A stretch of DNA of 64,000 nucleotides from Harriotta raleighana (GCA_050575255.1 JBNZDD010013706.1:7429531-7493530), one strand, 5' to 3'. Shown: positions 26,732 to 39,112, numbered from the stretch's first letter. Notes: generated from the letters alone by a model not told the origin. Numbers and translations are program-made.

Positions 26732-26842
26732 CAGGGTGACCAAAACGTTGTGACACCATGACAAGGACTAATAAGTCTTAAGGAAATTATGATTTTTTTG
26801 TTAAATGGGGCAGCTGAAAATTAAGACATTTTGGTCACCCTG
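26732..26842. mobile_element. 111-bp MITE with CAGGGTG termini (Tc1/mariner-like)
   Basis: TIRs cagggtgaccaaaacgt and acattttggtcaccctg (16/17). TA on the left, TT on the right. Confidence 0.65.
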
Positions 26843-27511
26843 TTGTAACAAACAAATAAACTAGAGCAGCTCATCTCAGTTCGATGTTGGAAATGATCAG
26901 CCAAGAGCATTTTCAACTAGGATCAAACTGGAGCACTGTACTGCTAACATCTCATAATGTTGGCTCTAAGCACTCCTGGTATCTGCACTGCCCTACATCT
27001 CTAATGTAAAATTAAAACATCACTCCAGCAGCTAAATGAACCAGCCCAATGCTCTTCCACCGGAAAAAGAAATCTCCTTCAGCATTCTCACGGCTTTAAC
27101 ATGTGGAAACACAGGCCAAAATCACATCCGGACTTTTAGCAGCGGTGTCTTTTATTCAGTGTTTCTAAACACATCCCTTCTCACACACTCCAGTTCTGTA
27201 ATCAATCATGGTAAATCAATATCTCAAAAATAAGCAGCAAGGAACTCAGGTATGACGAGAGATAGAGCAGGGAAGCAGAGGGAAAAAACATGGCATACAG
27301 AGCAGAACCTTTACTCAGCAGAAGAAGAAATGTACGCAAGAGGAACTGTGTGCATGAGATGAGTTAACTCACTGTTCTGCTTCATTTGTGGTCCCTTAAC
27401 TGATATGGCTAATACATCCCGATGAAATGCTCTCTTTACAAGACAGCACCAGGCTGCATGGTATTGCTTCCTACTAAACTGTGTATCCTTTGTAATTGTC
27501 CTTTAAATATA

Positions 27512-28062
27512 CAGTAAAATCTTGTTTATCCGGCAGCCATGGGACCTGGCCAGTGGCATTTAAACGGTTTTCCAGCTGAACAGATTTTTTAAAAATAATT
27601 TAAAAAAATATTTTAACACAAACCATATTAATAATAGATTAAATAATAACAGAATATTGTATTAGTACTTTATTATTTCTATTTAACTTCGCAATTGCAG
27701 CACACATCCCACGGAGGAAAAAAAGAGCAGCAGCAGCGACTTTTAAAAGGAGCAGGAGCGAGTTTAGTCTAGACTAGTGGCCAGCCGCAAGTACCTGCAC
27801 CAGCATCAGTACTTTATTATTTATACTTAACTTCGTAACTGCAGCACTCACCTGACGGAGGTAAAGAAAAACACGACTTTTAAAAGGAGCAGGAGCGAGT
27901 TTAGACTCGACTAGCAGCCAGCCATGAGTACCTACACCAGTACTCATGTGCAACAGTCAAATCATTAAACGTGTCATCACTATTCGCCGGATACTTCCAG
28001 TTCATCGAATCGGGACTTTTTTTTTGAGATGGCAGTTGAACGGGTTGTCTGAGGTTTTACTG
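27512..28062. mobile_element. Tigger/pogo-like non-autonomous DNA transposon, family A
   Basis: TA|cagtaaaatcttgtttatccgg ... gaggttttactg|TA, with an internal ~140-bp tandem duplication. Confidence 0.85.
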
Positions 28063-28212
28063 TATCAAGCAATAATGTAAAGGCGCTGCATGGCAATTAG
28101 CTAGCAAAAGCAATCATTTGTAGTTAGTCCACATGGAAGCCAATACACCAAGTACAATCCCTCTAATCATCTCAGAGAAAATCATCCTCTGTCATCTATA
28201 ATAAAATAATGT

Positions 28213-28575
28213 GGCGTCCTATGGCATACTAGTTAGCCTCTCAAGTGAGAGAACCTGGGTTCGATTCCTGGGCAGCACAAACATTGTACAAGTTTGGTTT
28301 CTCCACATGTCTTGGTTTATCTAGCAGTAAGTAGGAATCCAGTCGTTAGTTGATTGGCAGATCGCTCTTCCAAGGGTAATAATCCCTTAAATAATAATAA
28401 TAAAATAGAATAAATAATAATTCTGGACACAATCGATGACTATTAGAGTACACTGCTGTGCACAATTGGTTGTCGCGTTTCACCTACAAAATATACAGTC
28501 AATTCACCTTATTCCGTGATGCCATTTGGGATGTCTAGAAGCCGTGGCAAAGATGCCATCTCAAATTATAATGTA
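28213..28575 (+). mobile_element. Long, older SINE variant
   Basis: B box gggttcgattcc, extra segment gtttatctagcagtaagtagg, core and a degenerate tail. Confidence 0.75.
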
Positions 28576-29082
28576 TAAAATCATAATTATAATTTATGCT
28601 CATTGAAAGATTCGGCCCCGTGAAACTGAAATACTGAACTGTTTTTTGACACTTGGGCTCTGGTGAAATTACATTGAAAAGCATAGTCATGAGTTGTGCA
28701 GATTACAAAAGATGGCACACATCTACGGGAGAACCAGGTTTCTGTTGCTAGACTAGAGCTATGATTTGAATAGAGATGTGACCTCATGGATTTTGATTCA
28801 GAAAAAAGCAGACACCAAGCAACGTCCCCTTCAACTGGTATAGTGGATCTTCTGTAGCTCAGTGGTTAGAGCACTCGCCTTACAAGCATGAGACAAGTGT
28901 TTGAATCCTGGCAGAATAGGGTAAAACCTTGATCAAATTTCCTTACTCTACATGACTAATAATAATCCCTCCAAAAGTACAATAATAAAATTGGTCATTT
29001 CAATCCATGACTGTTTGTGAGACACTGCTGTGTGCAATTGGCTAATGCGTTTTGCCCACAAATATACAGTCACTTCACTATA

Positions 29083-30098
29083 CAGTTAACCCTTGTCGAT
29101 CGTGGGGATTACGTTCCTGGAAAACTGCGTATTCAACGAAATTGCCTTGGAGAAACTTGGAGAAGTAATGGGAAAAGGGGGGTTAGAAGAATCCAGTTGC
29201 AGGTTACCCACCTCAAGCCTTCAGCACATCCAATGCAGGGTACCTACTAAGGCAAGCTACAGCTGACTGACCTGCTCCTCGCTCCACCTGCTTCTCCCCG
29301 CTCTTATTGCTTCCCCCCCACTCTTCCTGCTCTCGTCTATCCTACCACCCGGGAAGTGGGCAAATCAGGGCAGCCCAGAAGGAGGCAGAGAGAAATCGGG
29401 GAGAGCAGCAGGAGGGAGGGTACAGACAAACGCTCGGAGGTGCGGGGGACCCAGCGAGGTGGGGGGGGAGAGAGCCTCTCAGAGGGGGGGGCAACTTGCA
29501 GAGGAGAGAACCCCTCGGTGGGTGGGGGGGGAACTCAGGGAAATGGGGGAGAGAGAGCTGATCGGAAGGGGGTGGGGACTCATGGAAGTAAGGGGGAGAG
29601 AGCCAATTGGAGGGCAGAATGCTGGGGACTGGGAGACACAGAAAGGTTACAGCAGCTTTGTTATCGCTTTACTGCTATAATAAAGTGATAAAAAGCAGTA
29701 AAGCAAAAAAAAAAGCAATAAAACGGGGTAGATTAGCCTACATTGCTGTACGATTTCTGTCTCTCTCTCTCTCTCTTCTGTTTACGCAATAAGATTCTCC
29801 GATTCTCCAAGGCCGAAGCGTTATTCTATTTACCCAGAATGCATTGCAGACGGAGCTTCGGCTTTAGTCGGGATCTGCTGGCCTCGTCAAAAATGCACAT
29901 ACGCCTGGGACCAGCCAGCCGAGGAATCTTCGGATTTAGTCAGGAGCTATCGGTGTCTTCACCAGTGCCATGCGTGCAGGGGCCAGCCAGCGCGTTAACA
30001 AAAGTTTTACGAGCGCTACACAAAAAAGTGATGCTTTTGTTTCGTTGCGTATACTTGAATTCATAATTGATAAAGTCGCCTTCGACAAGGGTTAACTG
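29083..30098. mobile_element. Tigger/pogo-like non-autonomous DNA transposon, family C (1016 bp)
   Basis: Perfect 17-bp TIRs CAGTTAACCCTTGTCGA and TCGACAAGGGTTAACTG, TA on both sides; no transposase ORF. Confidence 0.88.
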
Positions 30099-30157
30099 TA
30101 TATACAGTATATTCTGTGAAGCACTTTGAGACGTCGATAAGATGTGAAAAACACTAT

Positions 30158-30441
30158 CAATCAATCAAAATTACATTTATATAGCGCCTTTCACATTGGG
30201 AGGACGTCCCAAGGCGCATACAGTCAAGTAGGGATCATAGCGGGGGCACGGGGAGGGGTCGGGGGAAGGACAGTAGGAACACATTTGTGGGTGAAACACA
30301 GCAGCCAAATTGTGCACAGCAGTGTCACACAAACAGTCTTGGAAGTGGGGTTAGGGGAGAAAGATGGCAAGGGAAGTGGTTGGGGTAGTGGGAAGGAAAG
30401 CAGGAAAAACCAACTGTATATTTGTGGGAGAAAACTGTAAC
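30158..30441 (-). mobile_element. Chimeric SINE: SINE core units, pyrimidine spacer and an L2 tail with (GATT)n
   Basis: The minus strand has two core fragments joined to gcgccttgggacgtcctccc...gattgattga; same architecture as 62157-62287. Confidence 0.7.
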
Positions 30442-30789
30442 AAAATGCAAGGATTATTATTATAGCAACTCATGTTAGAAACCAGGTCTTGCATCCCTTA
30501 TCGAGCAGGTAGTAAAGATTAAAAAAAAACACCAAAGGGAAAGCAAAGACTTTCCAATAATCCCAACACTACAAGGAAAGTGGCTTCCTGTACTGAAGCC
30601 AAACGATTATGCCACTGATCTGCAATTATATCCAGTCACTTCACTTGCTGACATGACAGATGAAACATCCTTTTTTTTACAGAAAAAAACCATCTCACTA
30701 CATGTTCAAGTACAACACAACAGTAGCATTTGGAAGAGAATCTATGAGCAGAAGAACTCTTCATCATTCTAAGTCAACTGAGCAGAATA

Positions 30790-31630
30790 CAGTAAAACCT
30801 TGTTGATCCGAGACTCGATCAACTGGAAAACCCATTCAACCGCTACCTCAAAAAAAAAGTCCCGATTCGATTAACTGTAAGTTATCCGGCATATAGTGAT
30901 GACACGTTTAATGAATGGACTGTTGCAAGCGAGTGCAGGACTTGCGAGTGCAGTACACACGGTTGGCCACTAGGCGTGTCTAAACTGGTGAGACCCTCAG
31001 AGCCCTGGGCAGCAGCCATTTACAGGTGAGAGAGAGGGACACACAGAAAGAGAGGGACACCCACACACAGATAGAGAGACAGACACAGATAGAGAGAGAC
31101 ACAGAGAGAAAGAGACACACACACTCAGATACAGAGAGGGAGGGAGAAATAGAGAGACAGAGACACACACAGACACATAGACAGAGAGAGAGAAAAGGGA
31201 GGGGAGAGAGAGAGACACACAGACAGACTCACACACACAGACAGCGAGAGACACACACCTAGACAGAGAGAGAGAGACACACACACACACACATAGAGGG
31301 AAAGAAAAACCACAGAGAGAGAGAGAGAGAGAGAGAAAAAGTCATGGTTTTTCTTACCTTGTTTTTATCTGTTAATGGAAACTCACGCATAGTGATGCTT
31401 GTCTAAGCTATTACAATACAGAAGTAGCTATTTTGGTCGATTTGACCTAAAATAGTTTGGGTGAGGGCTGCAATTGCAAAGTTAAGTACAAATAAAAGTA
31501 CTAATACAGTATTCTGTTGTTATTTAGTCTATTATTAATATGGTATGTGTTAAAAATCCGTTCAACCGGAAAAACGGTTTAACCGCCACTGGCCAGGTCC
31601 CGTGGATGCCGGATAAACAAGGTTTTACTG
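30790..31630. mobile_element. Family A element, inverted relative to the 27512 copy
   Basis: TA|cagtaaaaccttgttgatccg ... ccggataaacaaggttttactg|TA. Confidence 0.88.
31027..31337. repeat. Compound (GA)n/(CA)n microsatellite inside family A element
   Basis: Visible directly. Confidence 0.9.
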
Positions 31631-32095
31631 TACCATCAATTACCGGTAGCTAGTTAGAGGAATAGAGTGTGTTAATGAGCAGGAATGGGTTAAATAAAAT
31701 GCAAATCACACCAGATGATAGAACTCACACTGGTTTTATGGAAAACATTTTAAAGATTTGCTTCATTCACCCACTGCAAAACTCAGCTTATGCTTAGTGT
31801 GCAAGAAGGTACATCAGAAAACTTATTAACATCTTCCATACAATATCGAGGCATTAGGCACAGCCAAATAGAAATTAGTATTCAATTCAAAGGTATCTTT
31901 GAATGGAAAACTGTTACATCAGCAAATCATTTTTTAAGTTATAGACTACGTTCCAAAAGTACAGTATCTTTTTCTCTTTAAATTTCAGACATTATACATT
32001 CCAACAGTGGGTGCACTAGACACGAAGGAATAAAATTTCAGAACAGAAAATGTGATTGTAAAAAATGCTTGAATGCTGTGGGGGATAGAGCGATT

Positions 32096-32122
32096 GGGGG
32101 GGGGGGGGGGGGGGGGGGGGGN
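32096..32122. repeat. Poly-G run ending at an N
   Basis: About 26 G followed by n at 32122. Confidence 0.85.
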
Positions 32123-32720
32123 GCTCTGCAACCTCAGCATACTCCTGCATGCTTCAGGCATTTGATCATAAATCTTTAAGAACATAATTTCCAAATGCAA
32201 TTAAACACTGCAGTGAACTCGAACAAACCCGTTGAACAAAAATACTGAGTCCGCCACAAGATACCAGCAAGTTCAACCAGTAAAAGACAGCAGTGCCTTC
32301 AAGGCCAGAAATATGCTACAATACTTCTAGACCTATTGAGAAATCCCATCTTTACCAAATGGAATAAATCAGCTCATTCTAAACCAATTACTGAAAGCAT
32401 TTACCCAGCATTTTATCTTTCATGTTGCTAAGATTTCCAAGTCAAAACTGCGCTAGATAACTATCTGAAAACAGTCAATCTTTCAAAGAGCTTTGAAATT
32501 CCTCATTTATGTTCAGACCCGCATCAAAACATGGCTTCAAGTCTTGATAGAAAAGCAAAAAAAATACAGCTGCTGTACCTCAGCCTGCCTGGCTTCCACT
32601 TTTCCATCACATAAAAACAAAACTTGTATCCCCTCCTGATGTGCTTTTTAAAATGCAACTGGCCTTAATAAAAAAAATTGCTACACGCTAGACTTCTTTA
32701 GAAACATATTCTCTATAGCT

Positions 32721-33007
32721 GGAGTCCTGTAGCTCAGTTGTTAGAGCACTTGCCTTAAGGGCGAGAGACCTCTGTTTGATTCCAGGCTGGATGAAACCGT
32801 GGGCAAGTTTCCTTACTTCATATGCCTGATAATAATCCCTCAAAAGAAATTAGTAATTTCAATCCACGACTGTTTGTGGGATACTGCTGTGCACAATTGG
32901 CTGCCATGTTTCGCCCACATATATACAATATATTCTGTGAAGCAGTTTGAGATATCTAAAAAACATGAAAAACACTATATCAAGTGCAAAGATTATTATT
33001 ATTATTG
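32721..33007 (+). mobile_element. Full-length SINE with a small internal deletion
   Basis: Consensus match. Confidence 0.9.
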
Positions 33008-34774
33008 CTTCCTCCTGCATCCCTAAACACACAATTAAAATTCCTTTGTAGAGACATACAAAAAGATAATATATTATACTTAATGGATGGTGGGGGCACA
33101 TTCAGTTACCTTCAATCAAGTACTGTTTGCACTAGCACCTGGGTGTGTGATATTGGTTGCTTGTATTAGATTAATATTAGAATCGGTGTCATTTGAATTT
33201 ATAAAACGCCAACCTAGTCCTGGCATTAAGAGTTTCCTGGTTGTGTGGGAATGATCCTTGCTGGCTACTGGTGTGTAAATTACAGGCGAGTCTACATGAA
33301 CTCGCAGTTTGTCAACAACCTGAAAAATCACTACAGGTACCAATTGCCCGCAAGGCACTTCTATATGTGCCAGCTATGATGCCAACAATCCTTTGCGTGA
33401 CATGGTGTGATTCTCAATAAATAAGACACAACACTGTGAGTCAGGAATTCTCATATTGCCTGCTTGTATTCAGGGTGATTAAGGAATGTTATGAATTAAT
33501 ATCTCTCTGAACTTTTCAAACATATTTCCATTGCTACTGAATAGCTGTTCTGCTTATTAACCAATATTCCCACAATCAATTTATTTATTTACTATTCATT
33601 ACAGATTAACACCAGAAGTTTCATACAATCTGTAAGCACTGATAGTTCATGTGGAGAACAAGACTGTGCTCTTTTCTCCATTACAAATAGATGTTGTTTT
33701 GATGTTTTTAAAAAATGTCAATCACATGTATGAACAAGCAAATGTATGAAGAGGCTTTTGTAAAAAAAACAAAGATTTCCTCTGTGGCCCCAGAATCCAT
33801 GAATAAAGCCCCAAAAACTCATCACGAACAAGTTCAAACATCGCTCTCTGTGATGTGCGTCATAGAGCTCCATTCAATGATGTACACACCATCTCAAAAT
33901 AAAAATTAATATGGACTCAAACATGCCCATACCCAGTCAGATCCAACTTTCTGAATAGAAAGCATCAAGTAATAAAAGCTGAAATTAGATGAGAATTTAC
34001 TCAATAAACCCACACAAACTGTGAACTAATAACAGTGAGTTTTGTATAAAAACCCAATTACAGTCCAACAGTCTATTCCTAAAAAGAACTGCTTGACCTT
34101 GAGAAAATCTATTATTAAGTTTGCTGGTGTTTCCAATGTGGAGGTTATTTTCCAGCTGAAGGTAAGACAGAACTGAACAAATGTTAATTGAAGTAAGCAA
34201 TTTTTCCATCAGTCTCCAATGGCAAGGCAGCAAGATAGCGATCACAGCCTCATTCAAATTCAAATTTACAAAGACTGAACTAATATTATCAGAGCTGCAT
34301 TCAGCAATGCATTAATCACTGTTCATCATTAGATCTGCCATTTCCGAAAACCTCAATTTCTTCTGTAACGTGAGATTTACAAAATCCCACATAAACAGAT
34401 ATTGTGTAGCAAATGATACTGTGGCTCATTTTGACCTGTAAGAACTCAAATAGCTCTTTATCCAATACATTCTCCTCAGGTTCCCCAGATCCAGAGATTC
34501 CAGATATTGTTTTTATATTGTAATTGGAAAATAAACTAAACAGTTTCCATACATTATATATAGAGAGATTTATATACCCCACAACACAACCTAACAAACT
34601 GCCAGCAATCAAAGTGACCCCCTCCTCCCACCCACCCCATTACCTGCAAAACACTGCAATGAATCATTTTTTCTTTATAACTTTATGAACCATATTTTTC
34701 ATAAATGGGATGGTGGGGGGTGTTGTGTGGGAGAAAGAGACTTCAGGCCCCTTAAAGCATTGCATAAATAGACA

Positions 34775-34832
34775 AAGAATTTACATTTGAATAGCGCCTT
34801 TCACGTCAGGAGGACATCCTAAGGCGCTGGGA
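34775..34832 (-). mobile_element. L2 3' tail
   Basis: atagcgcctttcacgtcaggaggacatcctaaggcgctgg. Confidence 0.75.
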
Positions 34833-35506
34833 CCAATGTTCAACAAGATTCATTGCCCTGGTCATGTAAAGGCAAATGAGTTACAGGTCCATTGGTAATA
34901 TTACAAGAACTACTCAGTATAGTGATCACTTCACATCTTGTTGGTATGATTGATACCATGCTATAGGGAACTGTATTATCCCTCGGACAGAGCCCAGGCA
35001 TTTCTAGGATGGCTTTTCTTTACACAGTTAAATGAAAGATTTCACATTGGTAAGATTTGTTCTGCGGTAACATATTCCATCTGTTCAGTGTTTCAAAATA
35101 TATATAAGGAAGGCTCCTACAATACGTAATAGTTTCATGGAGAGAGAACACTTGAACCAAAAATATTTCCAGAGCAATGACACGTCAATGACAAAGGAAT
35201 ATCAAGTAATTTTCATTTAGTTATTTTTAGCATTCATTTGTTTAGCTTTTTTAAAAAAAAAATTGAAAACATATGGCAAACATACACAAACGGCATCGAT
35301 ATGATAGAATCAATATTTCTCCCCGTTACACCAAACATAACCTACTTTATGATTTTCTTATGAATTACCTGCTCAGGTTTTACTAGTGGTGATGTTTATC
35401 ACACAGGCGATGACGCATTCCCTTTCTTTCGAACTCGCAGTACATTGTGATACTCATCTGCGACGGTTACAATGTCAAGAGGAGGTTATGGTCACCTCAT
35501 GATTCT

Positions 35507-35556
35507 CACACACACACTCACGCATGCACACACACACGCAACACACTCACACTCAC
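35507..35556. repeat. Imperfect (CA)n microsatellite
   Basis: Visible directly. Confidence 0.8.
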
Positions 35557-35977
35557 AGAATTCCAAATATCAGAAGCTAGTTGCCAATTCCTGTACTCCT
35601 CTAGATCCAATTGTATGACCGGTTAGTAAATGACATAAAATCACGGGGGGGTAATAAGTTCTTGGATGGTGAAATAGAATGCCAGAACGCAAGAGAACAA
35701 GCCTGATGTAATTCATATCTGCGCCATTCATAATGCTGCAACTTCTGTCAGGGCTTCCCGCCGGAGGTGTCAACCAAGGCCATCCAGCATCGATTGAGCT
35801 GACCTAAACATTGCATGACTGACGGTAACTGCTTTTGCTGCCAAACATGAAGAGTTACTTGGGTGGGTCTCTATGGAAAAGGAGCAGCTGAATTGGTATG
35901 CAATTGGCTGCTTCACAATGTGATCTTTCTGCCAAGAATACAACTCTTGGAGGGTTAATTTGGTATGAAAACCGCAG

Positions 35978-36026
35978 TATGGTCCGGCGTGGAGGGCGCT
36001 ATATAAATCCAAGTTGTTGTTGTTGT
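35978..36026 (+). mobile_element. L2 3' tail, second type
   Basis: gtccggcgtggagggcgctatataaatccaagttgttgttgtt. Confidence 0.75.
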
Positions 36027-37450
36027 TTCTGTACCATACAAGGCAAGAAGGGAAGATTGGTGAGCAAGAAGGCCAGCCAGACCCCTTTGCAGTATCTTTG
36101 GACACAAGCCATTATTTCAAAATACATCCTGTTCAATGATCTTATAAATGCATGTTTCAAGATATGCTGAACATTTTTTGAGAACTCTACAAGTTAAAAG
36201 CTTTAGAACGATTAGTATTGATTCCATCTTCAGGCCCAGGACACTTTTAAAAAAAAAAAATGCAATACCCAATTTCCATGGTGTGTGCAATCCTTTGATG
36301 GCAACAGAGTAAACAGTCAAATGTTTTCCTCCAAAGCAGTGAGTGAAATGGCAAGTATGGATCTCGAGTTGTCATCAATTGAGAAACGTGTTGCTATGGG
36401 AATGGAAAAAAAAATCGGAGCACTGAAATCAGACTATACTTAAACCACAAATATACATGTTAAACATGTATGGCCCTTTCAAAGGCAGGAAGGTACCTTT
36501 CAGCTCTCTCAGATAATGAGAGAGGACGAAAATTGCACAATCATCCAGAATTAAATAATATAAAGCTCTTGACCGAGGGTTAATGCGGATTAGAGTGCAC
36601 GGCAAGGAGATTAGTCCCACTGATGTACTGAATGACTCAACCTGTGAATTACGATTCCCAGAGGCAAAGGGAATCTGTCAGGAAAGTGAGGGCGGTTGAT
36701 TTTATGCATAATAGTGCACTCCTCAAGATGAGGAAGTGAATTTCAAGGATTCATGCAGAATGCCCATACAGATTAGATCATTGAGATAAAAGAACAGAAC
36801 AGTATCAAACCTTGCTGCAGTCAGCCGTGAAATTGATTTCTCCCCACATCTGTAGAAAAACATACATAGAGCTTTGAAAGGGACAGAAAGTGACGGACAA
36901 GAAAGTAAGGAATATAGGACAGATATCTCTCAATGCAAACCCTGTAGTTACCGTGGGAGAAAGAAAGGCAGAGAAACTAAATAGATTTGCCATATTCCAG
37001 TGAAAGCTTTGCCAGAGTTTGAACATCCGTATATTACATCCAGCAGCGTAACTGTCTGAGAGGGAGAGCTCCACAGGCAAAAGCTGTGATCCATGAAGCT
37101 ACCCCATTGAATGTCTAACTGATGTCAAATTGCTACCCATTGAGGTAGGTGAGCAACAGAACGCTCAATCTTTTCAAGGTAAAGCTATTGATTTAGGGGC
37201 GTTTACTCAACCAGAAGACCATACTTTTTTTTTTCCTTCTTCTGTCCTGTTGTATCTGTATTTGCTGTCCATTCGCCTTGTGGATTGTGTGGGTTGAGGT
37301 TAAACATTCTCCAGGTTGCTGTTGCACAAAATGCAGAGCTGAGTCAAGGATTTTTCCTCAAGGGCTTGTGCACAGGTGTTGCAGTACAGAGTTATCGTGG
37401 TCCAATGTTTATTCTTTCAAAGGATGGTACTTACTTAGTGCATCAGACTT

Positions 37451-37775
37451 GAGCTCTTGTAGCTCAGTGGTTAGAGCACTCGCCTTACAAGCGTGAGACC
37501 TGTGTTTGAATCTGGGAAGATCAGGGCGAAACCTTGGGCAAGTTTCCTTACTCCACATGCCTAATAATAATCCCTCCAAAAATCCACAATAATAAAATTG
37601 GTCATTTAAATCCATGACTGTTTGTGGGGATGCTGCTGTGCGCAATTGGCTGCTTCGTTTCACCCACAAATATACAGTCAGTTCACTTTACAGTATATTC
37701 TGTGAAGCGCTTTGAGATGTCGATAAGATGTGAAAAGCGTGATATCAAAATGCAAGAATTTACTAGTATTATTAT
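37451..37775 (+). mobile_element. Full-length tRNA-derived SINE
   Basis: A box TAGCTCAGTGG, core and tail. Confidence 0.92.
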
Positions 37776-38769
37776 CAATCACATTATATCCTACTGAAGG
37801 CTCAGGTTGTGCTGCTATCCCTATTCTAAGTTGCTGCTAAATCAACTTCAGGTCTGAAAGAATGACATGAGATTCGCTTCCCAAGTTTTACTTCCTCGTG
37901 ACAACAACTCCCATTTATATAGTACCTTCACGTAGAATGTCTCAAAGCGCTTTACAATGGCAGTGCTGAGCTGGAGGGAGGGCAGAGAGGGGGAAAGGGA
38001 GATCACTTCTTTTCAGCTTCAGTATTTATTTTTGAAGAGGGAGCAAAGAAAGGAAAAGCTGTGATTTTTTGTGAATCCACCTTGAAAGAGAATTCTGCCT
38101 TCTGGGAAAGGGAAAACTGGCTTCTCGTAAGACCTGAAGCACATCTGTCATGTATCGTTTTATACAGCAGGCGATGGAACACAACACATCACAGATTGAA
38201 GAATATTTCAAAGATATGGAAGAAGTCCCATAAACACCGGCAAATTGTTCACAATTCAAATAAAACTTTATACACACTTGTCGTTTGATGATCACTTAAA
38301 ACCGGATTTCACAGAGCACCGTTTCTTATTTTGGTATCTGTTGAAAAATTCTGAAATAAAAATAATCTTTCAAAAAGGGTATGTTTGGAGGGAAATGTGA
38401 ACTCAAACAGGGCCTTTCCTCTTAAGGGCCTACATATCAAATCTTTGCCCATACTACTGGAGTAAAAATGGCCATAACTCACTCTAACTCACTTCCGACA
38501 CAGGATAATTGATATAGGAAATGAAAATGTTATACTGTTGTTCCTGGATTAAGACAAGCAGAGAGAAGTTTAACGTTAAATCCAGTTCATTCCACATCTG
38601 ACATGGGAACATTAAATATTGTCGATTCTAAAAACAGGGGGCGAAAAAGGCTTCTTTTCACCAATATTGAGATCCCTCACACACTGATCAACACAAAACT
38701 TCATTGTAATAAAGTCTGGCCTGGATTTAATAATAGATGCCTTATCTGACCTGGAAGCCTTAAATGTGT

Positions 38770-39112
38770 CGGCCTGACTCAGTCGGTGACACGCTGGCTG
38801 GTCTCCATATCTTGAAAGTTGCTCAAGACCTAAATCAGGACTTGTAACTCCAATGCAGTCCTAGAGGTGTGCTGCACTGTGTGTGGGAGACGTCCTTCGG
38901 CTGAGATGTTAAACTGAGGACCTGTCTGTTCAGTTAAATTCCCAAAATGAAACTGGTCAGTCACATGGCTATTTTGGGGACTTTGATGCAAGCAAATTGG
39001 TTATTAACATACATTTACAAATTACAGTTGCTACACTTGCCAAAGAATATTGTGAAGTGCTTTGAGTCGTCCGCCTGAGATACAAAGCTCTATATCAAAT
39101 AATACATAATAA
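38770..39112 (+). mobile_element. Old SacSINE1-like DeuSINE
   Basis: actccaatgcagtcctagaggtgtgctgcactgt...cttcggctgagatgttaaactgagg plus a degenerate tail. Confidence 0.65.

Larger units (their letters stand above)
28845..30463 (+). mobile_element. Full SINE in three pieces (28845-29082, 30099-30157, 30442-30463)
   Basis: The consensus resumes in register after each of two insertions. Confidence 0.85.

Noticed and set aside
29307-30066. Overlapping Gly/Arg-rich ORFs suggesting a transposase or gene
   Set aside because: Low-complexity G-rich interior of the family C element, with no DDE or HTH motifs.
30980-31313. Several ORFs on both strands
   Set aside because: Translations of a GA/CA microsatellite.
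32096-32122. G-quadruplex or poly-Pro ORF
   Set aside because: A homopolymer at an assembly gap; its length is unreliable.
37451-37520. Apparent tRNA-Val(TAC) genes at SINE heads
   Set aside because: No acceptor-stem pairing or terminator, and each runs into the SINE body. These are SINE heads, not tRNA genes.
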